A stretch of 64,000 nt of DNA from Eledone cirrhosa (GCA_964016885.1 OZ024740.1:440882001-440946000); one strand, 5' to 3'. Shown: positions 1 through 14,950, numbered from the stretch's first letter. Notes: generated by a model not told the origin, from the sequence alone. Made by a program: numbers and translations.

Positions 1-180
1 GATTGTGTTGTTATTTATGTTTACCTTTTACATACATACATATATATATATACACACACACATACACACATTTTTTCCTTCTTTATTTCTCCATGTAATA
101 TCAAAAGTGAGTTCTAAGATTTAAATTAAGGATTTTAGAGAGAGAGAGGGGAGAGAGAAAGAAAGAATTAACCCTAGTAG

Positions 181-314
181 TAGTACTTTATTTATCAACC
201 ACGAAAGGATGAAAGGCAAATTTGACTTTAGCGAGATCTGAACTCCGAACGCAAAGAACCAGAAAGAATACAGCATTCTCTCCAACTTTATAACGACTCT
301 CTTAATTTTCCGCC
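181..314 (-). mobile_element. Degenerate tRNA-derived SINE copy
   Basis: Its reverse complement matches the SINE at 23515-23695 (gtactttatttatcaaccacgaaaggatgaaaggcaaatttgac...gaactc...ccgcc). Confidence 0.7.
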
Positions 315-366
315 ATACAACAAATATACGTATGACATTCATGGTCCTGTACCTCCCGAGGGAGTC

Positions 367-766
367 GTAGGGTCACCATATTGACATATGGTTTATGGTG
401 CTGTACCACCTGTAGGGTCACCATATTGACATATGGTGTATGGTGCTGTATCACCTGTAGGGTCAACATATTGACATATGGTGTATGGTGCTGTACCACC
501 TGTAGGGTCACCATATTGACATATGGTGTATGGTGCTGTACCACCTGTAGGGTCACCATGTTGACATATGGTGTATCGTCCTGTACCACCTGTAGGGTCA
601 CCATGTTGACACATGGTGTATGGTGCTGTACCACCTGTAGGGTCACCATGTTGACATATGGTGTATCGTCCTGTACCACCTGTAGGGTCACCATGTTGAC
701 ATATGGTGTATCGTCCTGTACCATCTGTAGGGTCACCATGTTGACATATGGTGTATGGTGCTGTAC
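367..766. repeat. 45-bp minisatellite, 9 copies (gtagggtcaccatattgacatatggtgtatggtgctgtaccacct)
   Basis: tagggtca recurs every 45 bp from 368 to 728, and the ORF track shows a 15-aa periodicity. Confidence 0.95.
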
Positions 767-937
767 TTCTTGAGGGAGTCGTGGGGCAACCTACGTTACT
801 TGGGCATTTTAAAAACTGGTGGAGCCCATCTCATCTCCAGGTGTGAATACAGCAGATTTCTTCCAGAGAAGAATAGAGAGAGTGAGAGAATGGAAGTGGG
901 AAAGAGATATAAAGAAAGAATCGACCACAGTAATAGA

Positions 938-1040
938 CTGGTACTTTTTAACGATCTTGAAAATATGAAAGCAAAGTTGACTTCGGCGGTATTTGAACTC
1001 AGAGCAGAGAGCCGGAACAAATATCACAAAGCATTATACC
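938..1040 (-). mobile_element. 3' part (B box and body) of the SINE that hosts the 29-bp satellite
   Basis: ctggtactttt...atgaaagcaaagttgacttcggcggtatttgaactcaga is the reverse complement of the SINE core, including B box GAGTTCAAATACC. It runs directly into the first satellite unit. Confidence 0.8.
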
Positions 1041-4000
1041 CGACGTTCTAACCGCTCTACCATTCTATCTGACATTCTAACCACACTACCATTCTACCTG
1101 ACGGTCAAACAACTCTACCATTCTACCAGAGATCCTATCCATCTACCATTCTACCCGACATCCTAGCAATTCTACCATTCTATCTGACGTTCTAACCACT
1201 CTACCATTCTACCAGACGTGCTGACCACTCTACCATTCTATATGACGTTCTAACCATTCTACCATCCTATATGACCTTCTAACCACTCTACCATTCTATC
1301 TGACGTTCTAACAACCTTACAATTCTACCAGACATTCTAACCACTCTACCGTTCTATCTGACGTTTTAACCACTCTACCATTATATCTGACGTTCTAACC
1401 ACTCTACCATTCTACCCGACGTTCTAAACACTCTACCATTCTACCAGACGTTCTAACCACTCTACCATTCTACCTGACGTTCTAACCACTCTACCATTCT
1501 ATCTTACGTTCTAACCACTCTACCCATTCTACCCGAGGTTCTAACCACTCTACCATTCTACCAGACGTTCTAACCACTCTACAATTCTGACAGACGTTCT
1601 AACCACTCTACCATTCTACCTGACGTTCTAACCACTCTACCATTCTATCTGACGTTCTAACCACTCTACTATACTATCTTACGTTCTAACCACTCTACCA
1701 TTCTACCCAAGGTTCTAACCCCTCTACCATTCTACCTGACGTTCTACCCACTCTTCCATTCTACCCGGCGTTCTAACCACTTTACCATTCCACCTGACGT
1801 TCTAACCACTCTACCATTCTACCTGACGTTGTAACCACTCTACCATTCTACCCGACGTTCTAACCACTCTACCATTCTATCTGACGTTCTAACCACTCCA
1901 TCATTCTATCTGACGTTCTAACCACTCCACCATTATATCTGACGTTCCAACCACTCTACCATTCTACCCGACGTTCTAACCACTCTACCATTCTATCTGA
2001 CGTTCTAAAAACCCTACCATTCTATCTGACGTTCTAACCACTCTACCATTATATCTTACGTTCTAACCACTCTACTATTCTATCTGACGTTCTAACCTCT
2101 CTTCCATTATATCTGACGTTCTAACCACTCTACAATTCTATCTGACGTTCTAAGCACTCTACCATTCTACCAGCGTTCTAACCACTCTACAGTTCTATCT
2201 GACGTTCTGACCACTCTACGATTCTATCTGACGTTCTAACCACTCTACAATTCTATCTGACGTTCTAAGCAGTCTACCATTCTACCGGCGTTCTAACCAC
2301 TCTACAGTTCTATCTGACGTTCTAACCACTCTACGATTCTATCTGACGTTCTAACCACTCTACCATTCTACCCGACGTTCTAACCACTCTACCATTTTAC
2401 CCGACATCCTAGCAATTCTACCATTCTATCTGACGTTCCAAACACTCTACCATTATATCTTACGTTCTAACCACTCTACCATTCTATCTGACGTTCTAAC
2501 CACTCTTCCATTATATCTGACGTTCTAACCATTCTACAATTCTATCTGACGTTCTAAGCACTCTACCATTCTACCAGCGTTCTAACCATTCTACAGTTCT
2601 ATCTGACGTTCTAACCACTCTACGATTCTATCTGACGTTCTAACCACTCTACAATTCTACCCGACGTTCTAACCACTCTACCATTCTAGCAGCGTTCCAA
2701 CACCTCTACTGTTCTATCTGACGTTCTACACATTCTACCATTCTATCTGACCTTCTAACCACTCTACCATTCTACCCGACGTTCTAACCACTCTACCATT
2801 CTACCTGAAGTTCTAAAAATCCAACCATTCTATCTGACGTTCTAACCACTCTACCATTCTACCTGACGTTCTAACCACTCTACCATTGTACCCGTCGTTC
2901 TAACCACTCTACCATTCTATCTGACGTTCTAACCACTCCACCATTATATCTGATGTTCCAACCACTCTACCATTCTACCCGACGTTCTAACTACTCTACC
3001 ATTCTATCTGACGTTCTAACCACTCTACCATTCCACCGGACGTTCTAACCACTCAACCATTCTATCTGACATTCTAACCACACTACCATTCTACCTGACG
3101 GTCAAACAACTCTACCATTCTACGCGACGTCCTATCCACTCTTCCATTCTACCCGACATCTTAGCAATTCTACCATTCTATCTGACGTTCTAAGCACTCT
3201 ACCATTCTACCAGACGTGCTAACCACTCTACCATTCTATATGACGTTCTAACCATACTACCATCCTATATGACGTTCTAACCACTCTACCATTCTATCTG
3301 ACGTTCTAACAACCCTACAATTCTACCAGACATTCTAACCACTCTACCATTCTATCTGACGTTCTAACCACTTTACCATTCCACCTGACGTTCTAACCAC
3401 TCTACCATTCTACCTGACGTTCTAACCACTCTACCATTGTACCCGGCGTTCTAACCACTCTACCATTCTATCTGACGTTCTAACCACTCCACCATTATAT
3501 CTGACGTTCCAACCACTCTACCATTCTACCCGACGTTCTAACCACTCTACCATACTATCTGACGTTCTAAAAACCCTACCATTCTATCTGACGTTCTAAC
3601 CACTCTACCATTTTACCCGACATCCTAGCAATTCTACCATTCTATCTGACGTTCCAAACACTCTACCATTATATCTTACGTTCAAACCACTTTACCATTC
3701 TATCTGACGTTCTAACCACTCTTCCATTCTATCTGACGTTCTAACCACTCTTCAATTCTATCTGATGTTCTAAGCACTCTACCATTCTACCAGCGTTCTA
3801 ACCACTCTACAGTTCTATCTGACGTTCTAACCACTCTACGATTCTATCTGACGTTCTAACCACTCTACAATTCTATCTGACGTTCTAAGCACTCTACCAT
3901 TCTACCAGCGTTCTAACCACTCTACAGTTCTATCTGACGTTCTAACCACTCTACGATTCTATCTGACGTTCTAAGCACTCTACCATTCTACCTGACGTTC

Positions 4001-7000
4001 TAACAACTCTACCATTCTATCTGACGTTCTAACCACTCTGTCATTCTATCTGACGTTGTAACCACTCTACCATTCTACCTAAATTTATAACAACTCTACC
4101 ATTCTACCCGACGTTCTAACAACTCTACCATTCTATCTAACGTTCTAACCACTCCACCATTATATCTGACGTTCTAACCACTCTACCATTCTACCAGACG
4201 TTCTAACCACTCTACCATTCTACCAGCGTTCCAACCCCTCTACTGTTCTATCTGACGTTCTAACCATTCTACCATTATATCTGACGTTCTAACGACTCTA
4301 CCATTCTATCTGACGTTCTAACCACTCTACCATTCTACCCGACGTTCTAACCACTCTACCATTCTACCTGAAGTTCTAAAAACCCAACCATTCCGTCTGA
4401 CGTTCTAACCACTCTACCATTCTACCAGACGTTCTAACCACTCTACCATTCTATCTGACGTTCTAACCACTCTACCATTCCACCGGACGTTCAAACCACT
4501 CTACCATTCTACCTGACGTTCTAACCACTCTACCATTCTACCTGACGTTCTAACCACTCTACCATTGTACCCGGCGTTCTAACCACTCTACCATTCTATC
4601 TGACGTTCTAACCACACCACCATTATATCTGACGTTCCAACCACTCTACCATTCTACCCGACGTTCTAACCATTCTACCATTCTATCTGACGTTCTAAAA
4701 ACCCTACCATTCTATCTGACGTTCTAACCACTCTACCATTTTACCCGACATCCTAGCAATTCTACCATTCTATCTGACGTTCCAAACACTCTACCATTAT
4801 ATCTTACGTTCTAACCACTCTACCATTCTATCTGACGTTCTAACCACTCTTCCATTATATCTGACGTTCTAACCACTCTACAATTCTATCTGACGTTCTA
4901 AGCACTCTACCATTCTACCAGCGTTCTAACCACTCTACAGTTCAATCTAACGTTCTAACCACTCTACGATTCAATCTGACGTTCTAACCACTCTACGATT
5001 CTATCTGGCGTTCTAACCACTCTACCATTCTACCCGACGTTCTAACCACTCTACCATTCTACCCGACGTTCTAACCACTATACCATTCTATCTGACGTTC
5101 TAATCACTCTACCATTCTACCCGACGTTGTAACAACTCTACCATTCTACCCTGCATTCTAACCACGCTACCATTCTATCTAATGTTCTAACTACTCTACC
5201 ATTATATCTGACGTACTAACCACTCTACCATTCAACCCGACGTTCTACCCACTCTACCATTCTCTCTGAGGTTCTAACCACTCTGTCATTCTATCTGACG
5301 TTGTAACCACTCTACCATTCTACCTAAATTTATAACAACTCTATCATTCTACCCGACGTTCTAACAACTCTACCATTCTATCTAACGTTCTAACCACTCC
5401 ACCATTATATCTGACGTTCTAACCACTCTACCATTCTAACAGACGTTCTAACCACTCTACCATTCTACCATCGTTCCAACCCCTCTACTGTTCTACCTGA
5501 CGTGCTAACCATTCTACCATTCTATCTTACGTTCTAACCACTCTACCATTTTACCCGACGTTCTAACCACTCTACCATTCTACCTGAAGTTCTAAAAACC
5601 CAACCATTCTATCTGACGTTCTAACCACTCTACCATTCTACCAGACGTTCTAACCACTCTACCATTCTATCTGACGTTCTAACCACTCTACCATTCCACC
5701 GAACTTTCTAACCACTCTACCATTCTACCTGACGTTCTAACCACTCTACCATTCTACCTGGCGTTCTAACCACTCTACCATTGTACCCGGCGTTCTAACC
5801 ACTCTACCATTCTATCTGACGTTCTAACCACTCCACCATTATATCTGACGTTCCAACCACTCTACCATTCTACCCGACGTTCTAACCACTCTACCATTCT
5901 ATCTGACGTTCTAAAAACCCTACCATTCTATCTGACGTTCTAACCACTCTACCATTTTACCCGACATCCTAGCAATTCTACCATTCTATCTGACGTTCCA
6001 AACACTCTACCATTATATCTTACGTTCTAACCACTCTACCATTCTATCTGACGTTCTAACCACTCTTCCATTATATCTGACGTTCTAACCACTCTACAAT
6101 TCTATCTGACGTTCTAAGCACTCTACCATTCTACCAGCGTTATAACCACTCTACAGTTCAATCTGACGTTCTAACCACTCTACGATTCTATCTGACGTTC
6201 TAACCACTCTACAATTCTATCTGACGTTCTAAGCACTCTACCATTCTACCTGACGTTCTAACAACTCTACCATTCTATCTGACGTTCTAACCACTCTACC
6301 ATTCTATCTGACGTTCTAACCACTCTACCTTTCTACCAGACATTCTAACCACTATACCATTCTACCCGACGTTCTAACAACTCTACCATTCTACCTTGCA
6401 TTCTAACCATGCTACGATTCTATCTAACGTTCTAACTACTCTACCATTATATCTGACGTACTAACCACTCTACCATTCAAGCCGACGTTCTAACCACTCT
6501 ACCATTCTCTCTGACATTCTAACCACTCTGTCATTCTATCTGACGTTGTAACCACTCTACCATTCTACCTAAATTTATAACAACTCTACCATTCTACCCG
6601 ACGTTCTAACAACTCTACCATTCTATCTAACGTTCTAACCACTCCACCATTATATCTGACTTTCTAACCAGTCTACCATTCTATCTGACGTTCTAACCAC
6701 TCTACCATTCTATCTGACGTTCTAACCACTCTACCGTTCTACCCGGCGTTCTAACCACTCTACCACTCTACCTGAAGTTCTAAAAATCCAACCATTCTAT
6801 CTGACGTTCTAACCACTCAACCATTCTACCACACGTTCTAACCACTCTACCATTCTATCTGACGTTCTAACCACTCTACCATTCCACCGGACGTTCTAAC
6901 CACTCTAGCTTTCTAACTGACGTTCTAACCACTCTACCATTCTATCTGACGTTCTAACCACTCTACCATTCCACCGGACGTTCTAACCACTCTACCTTTC

Positions 7001-10000
7001 TACCCGACGTTCTAACAACTCTACCATTCTATCTAACGTTCTAACCACTTCACCATTATATCTGACGTTCTAACCACTCTACCAATCTACCAGACGTTCT
7101 AACCACACTACCATTCTACCAGACGTTCTAACCACTCTACCATTCTATCTGACGTTCTAACCACTCTACCATTCCACCGAACTTTCTAACCACTCTACCA
7201 TTCCACCTGACGTTCTAACCACTCTACCATTGTACCCGGCGTTCTAACCACTCTACCATTCTATCTAACGTTCTAACCACTCTTCCATTATATCTAACGT
7301 TCTAACCACTCTACAATTCTATCTGACGTTCTAAGCACTCTACCATTCTACCAGCGTTCTAACCACTCTACAGTTCTATCTGACGTTCTAACCACTCTAC
7401 GATTCTACCTGACGTTCTAACAACTCTACCATTCTATCTGACGTTCTAACCACTCTACCATTCTACCAGACATTCTAACCACTATACCATTTTATCTGAC
7501 GTTCTAAGTACTCTACCATTCTACCAGCGTTCTAACCACTCTACAGTTCTACCCGACGTTCTAACCACTCTACAATTCTACCTGATGTTCTAACAACTCT
7601 ACCATTCTATCTGACGTTCTAACCACTCTACCATTCTATCTGACGTTCTAACCACTCTACCATTCTACCAGACATTCTGACCACTATACCATTCTATCTG
7701 GCGTTCTAATCACTCTACCATTCTACCCGACGTTGTAACAACTCTACCATTCTACCCTGCATTCTAACCACGCTACCATTATATCTAATGTTCTAACTAC
7801 TCTACCATTATATCTGACGTACTAACCACTCTACCATTCAACCCGACGTTCTAACCACTCTACCATTCTCTCTGAGGTTCAATCCATTCTGTCAATCTAT
7901 CTGACGTTCTAACCACTCTACCATTCTACCAGCGTTCCAACCCCTCTACTGTTCTATCTGACGTTCTAACCATTCTACCATTCTATCTTACGTTCTAACC
8001 ACTCTACCATTTTACCCGACGTTCTAACCACTCTACCATTCTACCTGAAGTTCTAAAAACCAAACCATTCTATCTGACGTTCTAACCACTCTACCATTCT
8101 ACCAGACGTTCTAACTACTCTACCATTCTATATGACGTTCTAACCACTCTACCACTCCACCGAACTTTCTAACGACTCTACCATTCTACCTGACGTTCTA
8201 ACCACTCTACCATTCTACCTGACGTTCTAACCACTCTACCATTGTACCCGGCGTTCTAACCACTATACCATTCTATCTGACGTTCTAACCACTCCACCAT
8301 TTTATCTGACGTTTAAACACTCTACAATTCTACCCGACGTTCTAACCACTCTACCATTCTATCTGACGTTCTAAAAACCCTACCATTCTATCTAACGTTC
8401 TAACCACTCTACCATTTTACCCGACATCCTAGCAATTCTACCATTCTATCTGACATTCCAAACACTCTACCATTATATCTTACGTTCTAACCACTCTACC
8501 ATTCTATCTGACGTTCTAACCACTCTTCCAGTATATCTGACGTTCTAACCACTCTATAATTCTATGTGACGTTCTAAGCACTCTACCATTCTACCAGCGT
8601 TCTAACCACTCTACAGTTCAATCTGACGTTCTAATCACTCTACGATTCTATCTGACGTTCTAACCACTCTACAATTATATCTGACGTTCTAAGCACTCTA
8701 CCATTCTACCAGCGTTCTAACCACTCTACAGTTCTATCTGACGTTCTAACCACTCTACCATTCTACCCGACGTTCTAACCACTCTACCATTCTACCTGAC
8801 GTTCTAACAACTCTACCATTCTATCTGACGTTCTAACCACTCTACCATTCTACCTGACGTTCTAACAACTCTACCATTCTATCTGACGTTCTAACCACTC
8901 TACCTTTCTACCAGACATTCTAACCACTATACCATTCTACCCGACGTTCTAACAACTCTACCATTCTACCCTGCATTCTAACCATGCTACTATTCTATCT
9001 AACGTTCTAACTACTCTATCATTATATCTGACGTACTAACCACTCTACCATTCAAGCCGACGTTCTAACCACTCTACCATTCTCTCTGACATTCTAACCA
9101 CTCTGTCATTCTATTTGACGTTGTAACCATTCTACCATTCTACCTAAATTTATAACAACTATACCATTCTACCCGACGTTCTAACAACTCTACCATTCTA
9201 TCTAAAGTTCTAACCACTCCACCATTATATCTGACGTTCTAACCAGTCTACCATTCTATCTGACGTTCTAACCACTCTACCATTGTATCTGACGTTCTAA
9301 CCACTCTACCGTTCTACCCGACGTTCTAACCACTCTACCATTCTTGCAGCGTTCCAACCCCTCTACTCTTCTATCTGACGTTCTAAACATTCTACCATTC
9401 TATCTGGCGTTCTAACCACTCTACCATTCTATCTGACGTTCTAACCACTCTACCGTTCTACCCGACGTTCTAACCACTCTACCATTCTACCTGAAGTTCT
9501 AAAAATCCAACCATTCTATCTGACGTTCTAACCACTCAACCATTCTACCACACGTTCTAACCACTCTACCATTCTATCTGACATTCTAACCACTCTACCA
9601 TTCTACCGGACGTTCTAACCACTCTAGCTTTCTACCTGACGTTCTAACCACTCTACCATTCTATCTGACGTTCTAACCACTCTACCATTCCACCGGACGT
9701 TCTAACCACTCTACCTTTCTACCCGACGTTCTAACAACTCTACCATTCTATCTAACGTTCTAACCACTCGACCATTATATCTGACGTTCTAACCACTCTT
9801 CCATTCTACCAGACGTTCTAACCACTCTACCATTCTACCAGCGTTCCAACCCCTCTACTGTTCTATCTGACGTTCTAACCATTCTACCATTCTATCTTAC
9901 GTTCTAACCACTCTACCATTTTACCCGACGTTCTAACCACTCTACCATTCTACCTGAAGTTCTAAAAACCAAACCATTCTATCTGACGTTCTAACCACTC

Positions 10001-13000
10001 TACCATTCTACCAGACGTTCTAACTACTCTACCATTCTATATGACGTTCTAACCACTCTACCACTCCACCGAACTTTCTAACGACTCTACCATTCTACCT
10101 GACGTTCTAACCACTCTACCATTCTACCTGACGTTCTAACCACTCTACCATTGTACCCGGCGTTCTAACCACTCTACCATTCTATCTGACGTTCTAACCA
10201 CTCCACCATTTTATCTGACGTTCCAACCACTCTACCATTCTACCCGACGTTCTAACCACTCTACCATTCTATCTGACGTTCTAAAAACCCTACCATTCTA
10301 TCTAACGTTCTAACCACTCTACCATTTTACCCGACATCCTAGCAATTCTACCATTCTATCCGATGTTCCAAACACTCTACCATTATAACTTACGTTCTAA
10401 CCACTCTTCCATTATATCTGACGTTCTAACCACTCTATAATTCTATCTGACGTTCTAAGCACTCTACCATTCTACCAGCGTTCAAACCACTCTACAGTTC
10501 AATCTGACGTTCCAATCACTCTACGATTCTATCTGACGTTCTAACCACTCTACAATTCTATCTGACGTTCTAAGCACTCTACCATTCTACCAGCGTTCTA
10601 CCCACTCTACAGTTCTATCTGACGTTCTAACCAATCTACGATTCTATCTGACGTTCTAACAACTCTCCCATTCTACCCGACGTTCTAACAACTCTACCAT
10701 TCAATCTAACGTTCTAACCACTCCACCATTATATCTGACGTTCTAACCACTCTACCATTCTAGCAGCGTTCCAACCCCTCTACTCTTCTATCTGCCGTTC
10801 TAACCATTCTACCATTCTATCTGACGTTCTAACCACTCTACCATTCTACCCGAAGTTCTAACCACTCTACCATTCTACCTGAAGTTCTAAAAATCCAACC
10901 ATTATATCTGATGTTCTAACCACTCTACCATTCTACCACACGTTCTAACACTCTACCATTCTATCTGACGTTCTAACCACTCTACTATTCCACCGGACGG
11001 TCTAACCACTCTACCTTTCTACCTGACGTTCTAACCACCGTACCATTCTATCTGACATTCTAACCACACTACCTTTCTACCTGACGGTCAAACAACTCTA
11101 CCATTCTACCCGACGTCCTATCCACTCTACCATTCTACCCGACATCCTAGCAATTCTACCATTCTATCTGACGTTCTAACCACTCTACCATTCTACCAGA
11201 CGTGCTAACCACTCTACCATTCTATATGACGTTCTAAACACTCTACCATTCTATCTGACGTTCTAACAACCCTACAATTCTACCAGACATTCTAACCACT
11301 CTACCATTCTATCTGACGTTCTAACCACTTTACCATTCCACCGGACGTTCTAACCACTCTACCATTCTACCTGACGTTTTAAACACCTTACCATTCTACC
11401 TGACGTCTAACCACTCTAGCATTCTACCCGACGTTCTAACCACTCTACCATTCTATCTGACGTTCTAACCACTCCATCATTCTATCTGACGTTCTAACCA
11501 CTCTAGCATTCTACCTGACGTTCTAACCACTCTACCATTGTACCCGGCGTTCTAACCACTCTAGCATTCTATCTGACGTTCTAACCACTCCACCATTATA
11601 TCTGACGTTCCAACCACTCTACCATTCTACCCGACGTTCTAACCACTCTACCATTCTATCTGACGTTCTAAAAACCCTACCATTCTATCTGATGTTCTAA
11701 CCACTCTACCATTTTACCCGACATCCTAGGAATTCTACCATTCTATCTGACGTTCCAAACACTGTACCATTATATCTTACGTTCTAACCACTCTATCATT
11801 CTATCTAACGTTCTAACCACTCTTCCATTATATCTGACGTTCTAACCACTCTACAATTCTATCTGATTCTAAGCCCTCTACCATTCTACCAGCGTTCTAA
11901 CCACTCTACAGTTCTACCCGACGTTCTAACCACTCTACAATTCTACCTGATGTTCTAACAACTCTACCATTCTATCTGACGTTCTAACCACTCTACCATT
12001 CTATCTGACGTTCTAACCACTCTACCATTCTACCAGACATTCTAACCACTATACCATTCTATCTGACGTTCTAATCACTCTACCATTCTACCCGACGTTG
12101 TAACAACTCTACCATTCTACCCTGCATTCTAACCCCGCTACCATTCTATCTAATGTTCTAACTACTCTACCATTATATCTGACGTACTAACCACTCTACC
12201 ATTCAACCCGACGTTCTAACCACTCTACCATTCTCTCTGAGGTTCTAACCACTCTGTCATTCTATCTGACGTTCTAACCACTCTACCATTCTACCAGACG
12301 TTCTAACCACTCTACCATTCTACCAGCGTTCCAACCCCTCTACTGTTCTATCTGACGTTCTAACCATTCTACCATTCTATCTTACGTTCTAACCACTCTA
12401 CCATTTTACCCGACGTTCTAACCACTCTACCATTCTACCTGAAGTTCTAAAAACCCAACCATTCTATCTGACTTTCTAACCACTCTACCATTCTACCAGA
12501 CGTTCTAACCACTCTACCATTCTATCTGACGTTCTAACCACTCTACCATTCCACCGAACTTTCTAACCACTCTACCATTCTACCTGACGTTCTAACCACT
12601 CTACCATTCTACCTGACGTTCTAACCACTCTACCATTGTACCCGGCGTTCTAACCACTCTACCATTCTATCTGACGTTCTAACCACTCCACCATTTTAAC
12701 TGACGTTCCAACCACTCTACCATTCTACCCGACGTTCTAACCACTCTACCATTCTATCTGACGTTCTAAAAACCCTACCATTCTATCTGACGTTCTAACC
12801 ACTCTACCATTTTACCCGACATCCTAGCAATTCTACCATTCTATCTGACGTTCCAAACACTCTACCATTATATCTTACGTTCTAACCACTCTTCCATTAT
12901 ATCTGACGTTCTAACCACTCTACAATTCTATCTGACGGTCTAAGCACTCTACCATTCTACCAGCGTTCTAACCACTCTACAGTTCAATCTGACGTTCTAA

Positions 13001-14398
13001 CCACTCTACGATTCTATCTGACGTTCTAACCACTCTACAATTCTATCTGACGTTCTAAGCACTCTACCATTCTACCAGCGTTCTAACCACTCTACAGTTC
13101 TATCTGACGTTCTAACCACTCTACGATTCTATCTGACGTTCTAACCACTCTACCATTCTACCCGACGTTCTAACCACTCTACCATTCTACCTGACGTTCT
13201 AACAACTCTACCATTCTATCTTACGTTCTAACCACTCTACCTTTCTACAAGACATTCTAACCACTATACCATTCTACCCGACGTTCTAACAACTCTACCA
13301 TTCTACCCTGCATTCTAACCATGCTACTATTCTATCTAACGTTCTAACTACTCTACCATTATATCTGACGTACTAACCACTCTACCATTCAAGCCGACGT
13401 TCTAACCACTCTACCATTCTCTCTGACATTCTAACCACTCTGTCATTCTATCTGACGTTCTAACAACTCTACCATTCTACCTAAATTCATAACCACTCTA
13501 CCATTCTATCTGACGTTCTAACAACTCTACCATTCTATCTAACGTTCTAACCACTCCACCATTATATCTGACGTTCTAACCACTCTACCATTCTATCTGA
13601 CGTTCTAACCACTCTACCATTCTATCTGACGTTCTAACCACTCTACCGTTCTACCCGACGTTCTAACCACTCTACCATTCTACCTGAAGTTCTAAAAATC
13701 CAACCATTCTATCTGACGTTCTAACCACTCAACCATTCTACCACACGTTCTAACCACTCTACCATTCTATCTGACGTTCTAACCACTCTACCATTCCACA
13801 GGACGTTCTAACCACTCTAGCTTTCTACCTGACGTTCTCACCACTCTACCATTCTATGTGACGTTCTAACCACACTACCATTTCACCGGACGTTCTAACC
13901 ACTCTACCTTTCTACCCGACGTTCTAACAACTCTACCATTCTATCTAACGTTCTAACCACTCCACCATTATATCTGACGTTCTAACCACTCTACCATTCT
14001 ACCAGACGTTCTAACCACTCTACCATTCTACCAGCATTCCAACCCCTTTACTGTTCTATCTGACGTTCTAACCATTCTACCATTCTATCTTACGTTCTAA
14101 CCACTCTACCATTTTACCCGACGTTCTAACCACTCTACCATTCTACCTGAAGTTCTAAAAACCCAACCATTCTGTCTAACGTTCTAACCACTCTACCATT
14201 CTACCAGACGTTCTAACCACTCTACCATTCTATCTGACATTCTAACCACTCTACCATTCTACCTGACGTCCTAACCACTTTACCATTCTACCTGACGTTC
14301 TAACAACTCTACCATTATATTTGACGTTCTAACAACTCTACCATTCTATCTGACGTTCTAACCACTCTACCATTCTATCTCACGTTCTAACCACTCTG
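1033..14398. repeat. 29-bp tandem satellite (cattctatctgacgttctaaccactctac)n, ~460 units, with recopied multi-unit blocks
   Basis: gttctaa recurs at 29-bp spacing (e.g. 1392, 1421). Diagnostic variants such as gacatcctagcaattc and gacggtcaaacaac recur in blocks. Confidence 0.98.
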
Positions 14399-14412
14399 AC
14401 AATTCCCCGCCA
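14385..14412 (-). mobile_element. 5' head (A box) of the satellite-hosting SINE
   Basis: The minus strand reads GGCGGGGAATTGTCAGAGTGGTTAGAA, a tRNA-like 5' end. It has the same catacaacaaatata flank as the SINE copy at 181-314. Confidence 0.7.
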
Positions 14413-14802
14413 TACAACAAATATATATATTTAAAAAAAAATTAAATTGGCTAATACAGAACTCCAATATTCGAGATATTTGGTATTCAAAATTACAAAT
14501 ATACTAAAAATAAAAATTGAGATGATATAAAATAGATAAGATTACAACAATCGTAAAATTGTAAAATCCAACATCAACAAATCTAAAATTGTAACAAAAT
14601 TGTAACAAAATTGTAGCAAAAGAGAAGAGAAACCGTTGAGAACTGCAGAAATGTAAAAATGTCAAACCTTAAAGTACTACAGCAAGATGGGATTACAAAT
14701 ATTTAAATGGTCATAGAGTTATGTATATTTTTTATACTGAAAAGACAGATGTGAGAATATGACATCCTTTGGGTGAATAATCACCTAATATATGTACAAT
14801 GA

Positions 14803-14875
14803 ATATGCAAGGAATACAGGTGCAGGAAATATGCAAGAAATACAGATGCAGGAAATATGCAAGGAATACAGGTGT
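14803..14875. repeat. Short tandem repeat, ~26 bp x ~3 (atatgcaaggaatacaggtgcaggaa)
   Basis: Direct reading of the repeated units. Confidence 0.8.
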
Positions 14876-14950
14876 AGAGAAGTAACATGTAGATATTGAG
14901 AAAAGACTGAACGCAGTGTACAAATAAAATGTGTTTTAACAGTCATTAAT

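Noticed and set aside
302-773. Repetitive 130-145 aa ORFs
   Set aside because: They are a by-product of a 45-bp unit (a multiple of 3) open on both strands, with no other coding evidence.
1033-14398. CRISPR, tRNA gene array or telomere repeat
   Set aside because: The monomers are contiguous without spacers, cover only a D-arm-like fragment with no cloverleaf, and there is no (TTAGGG)n.
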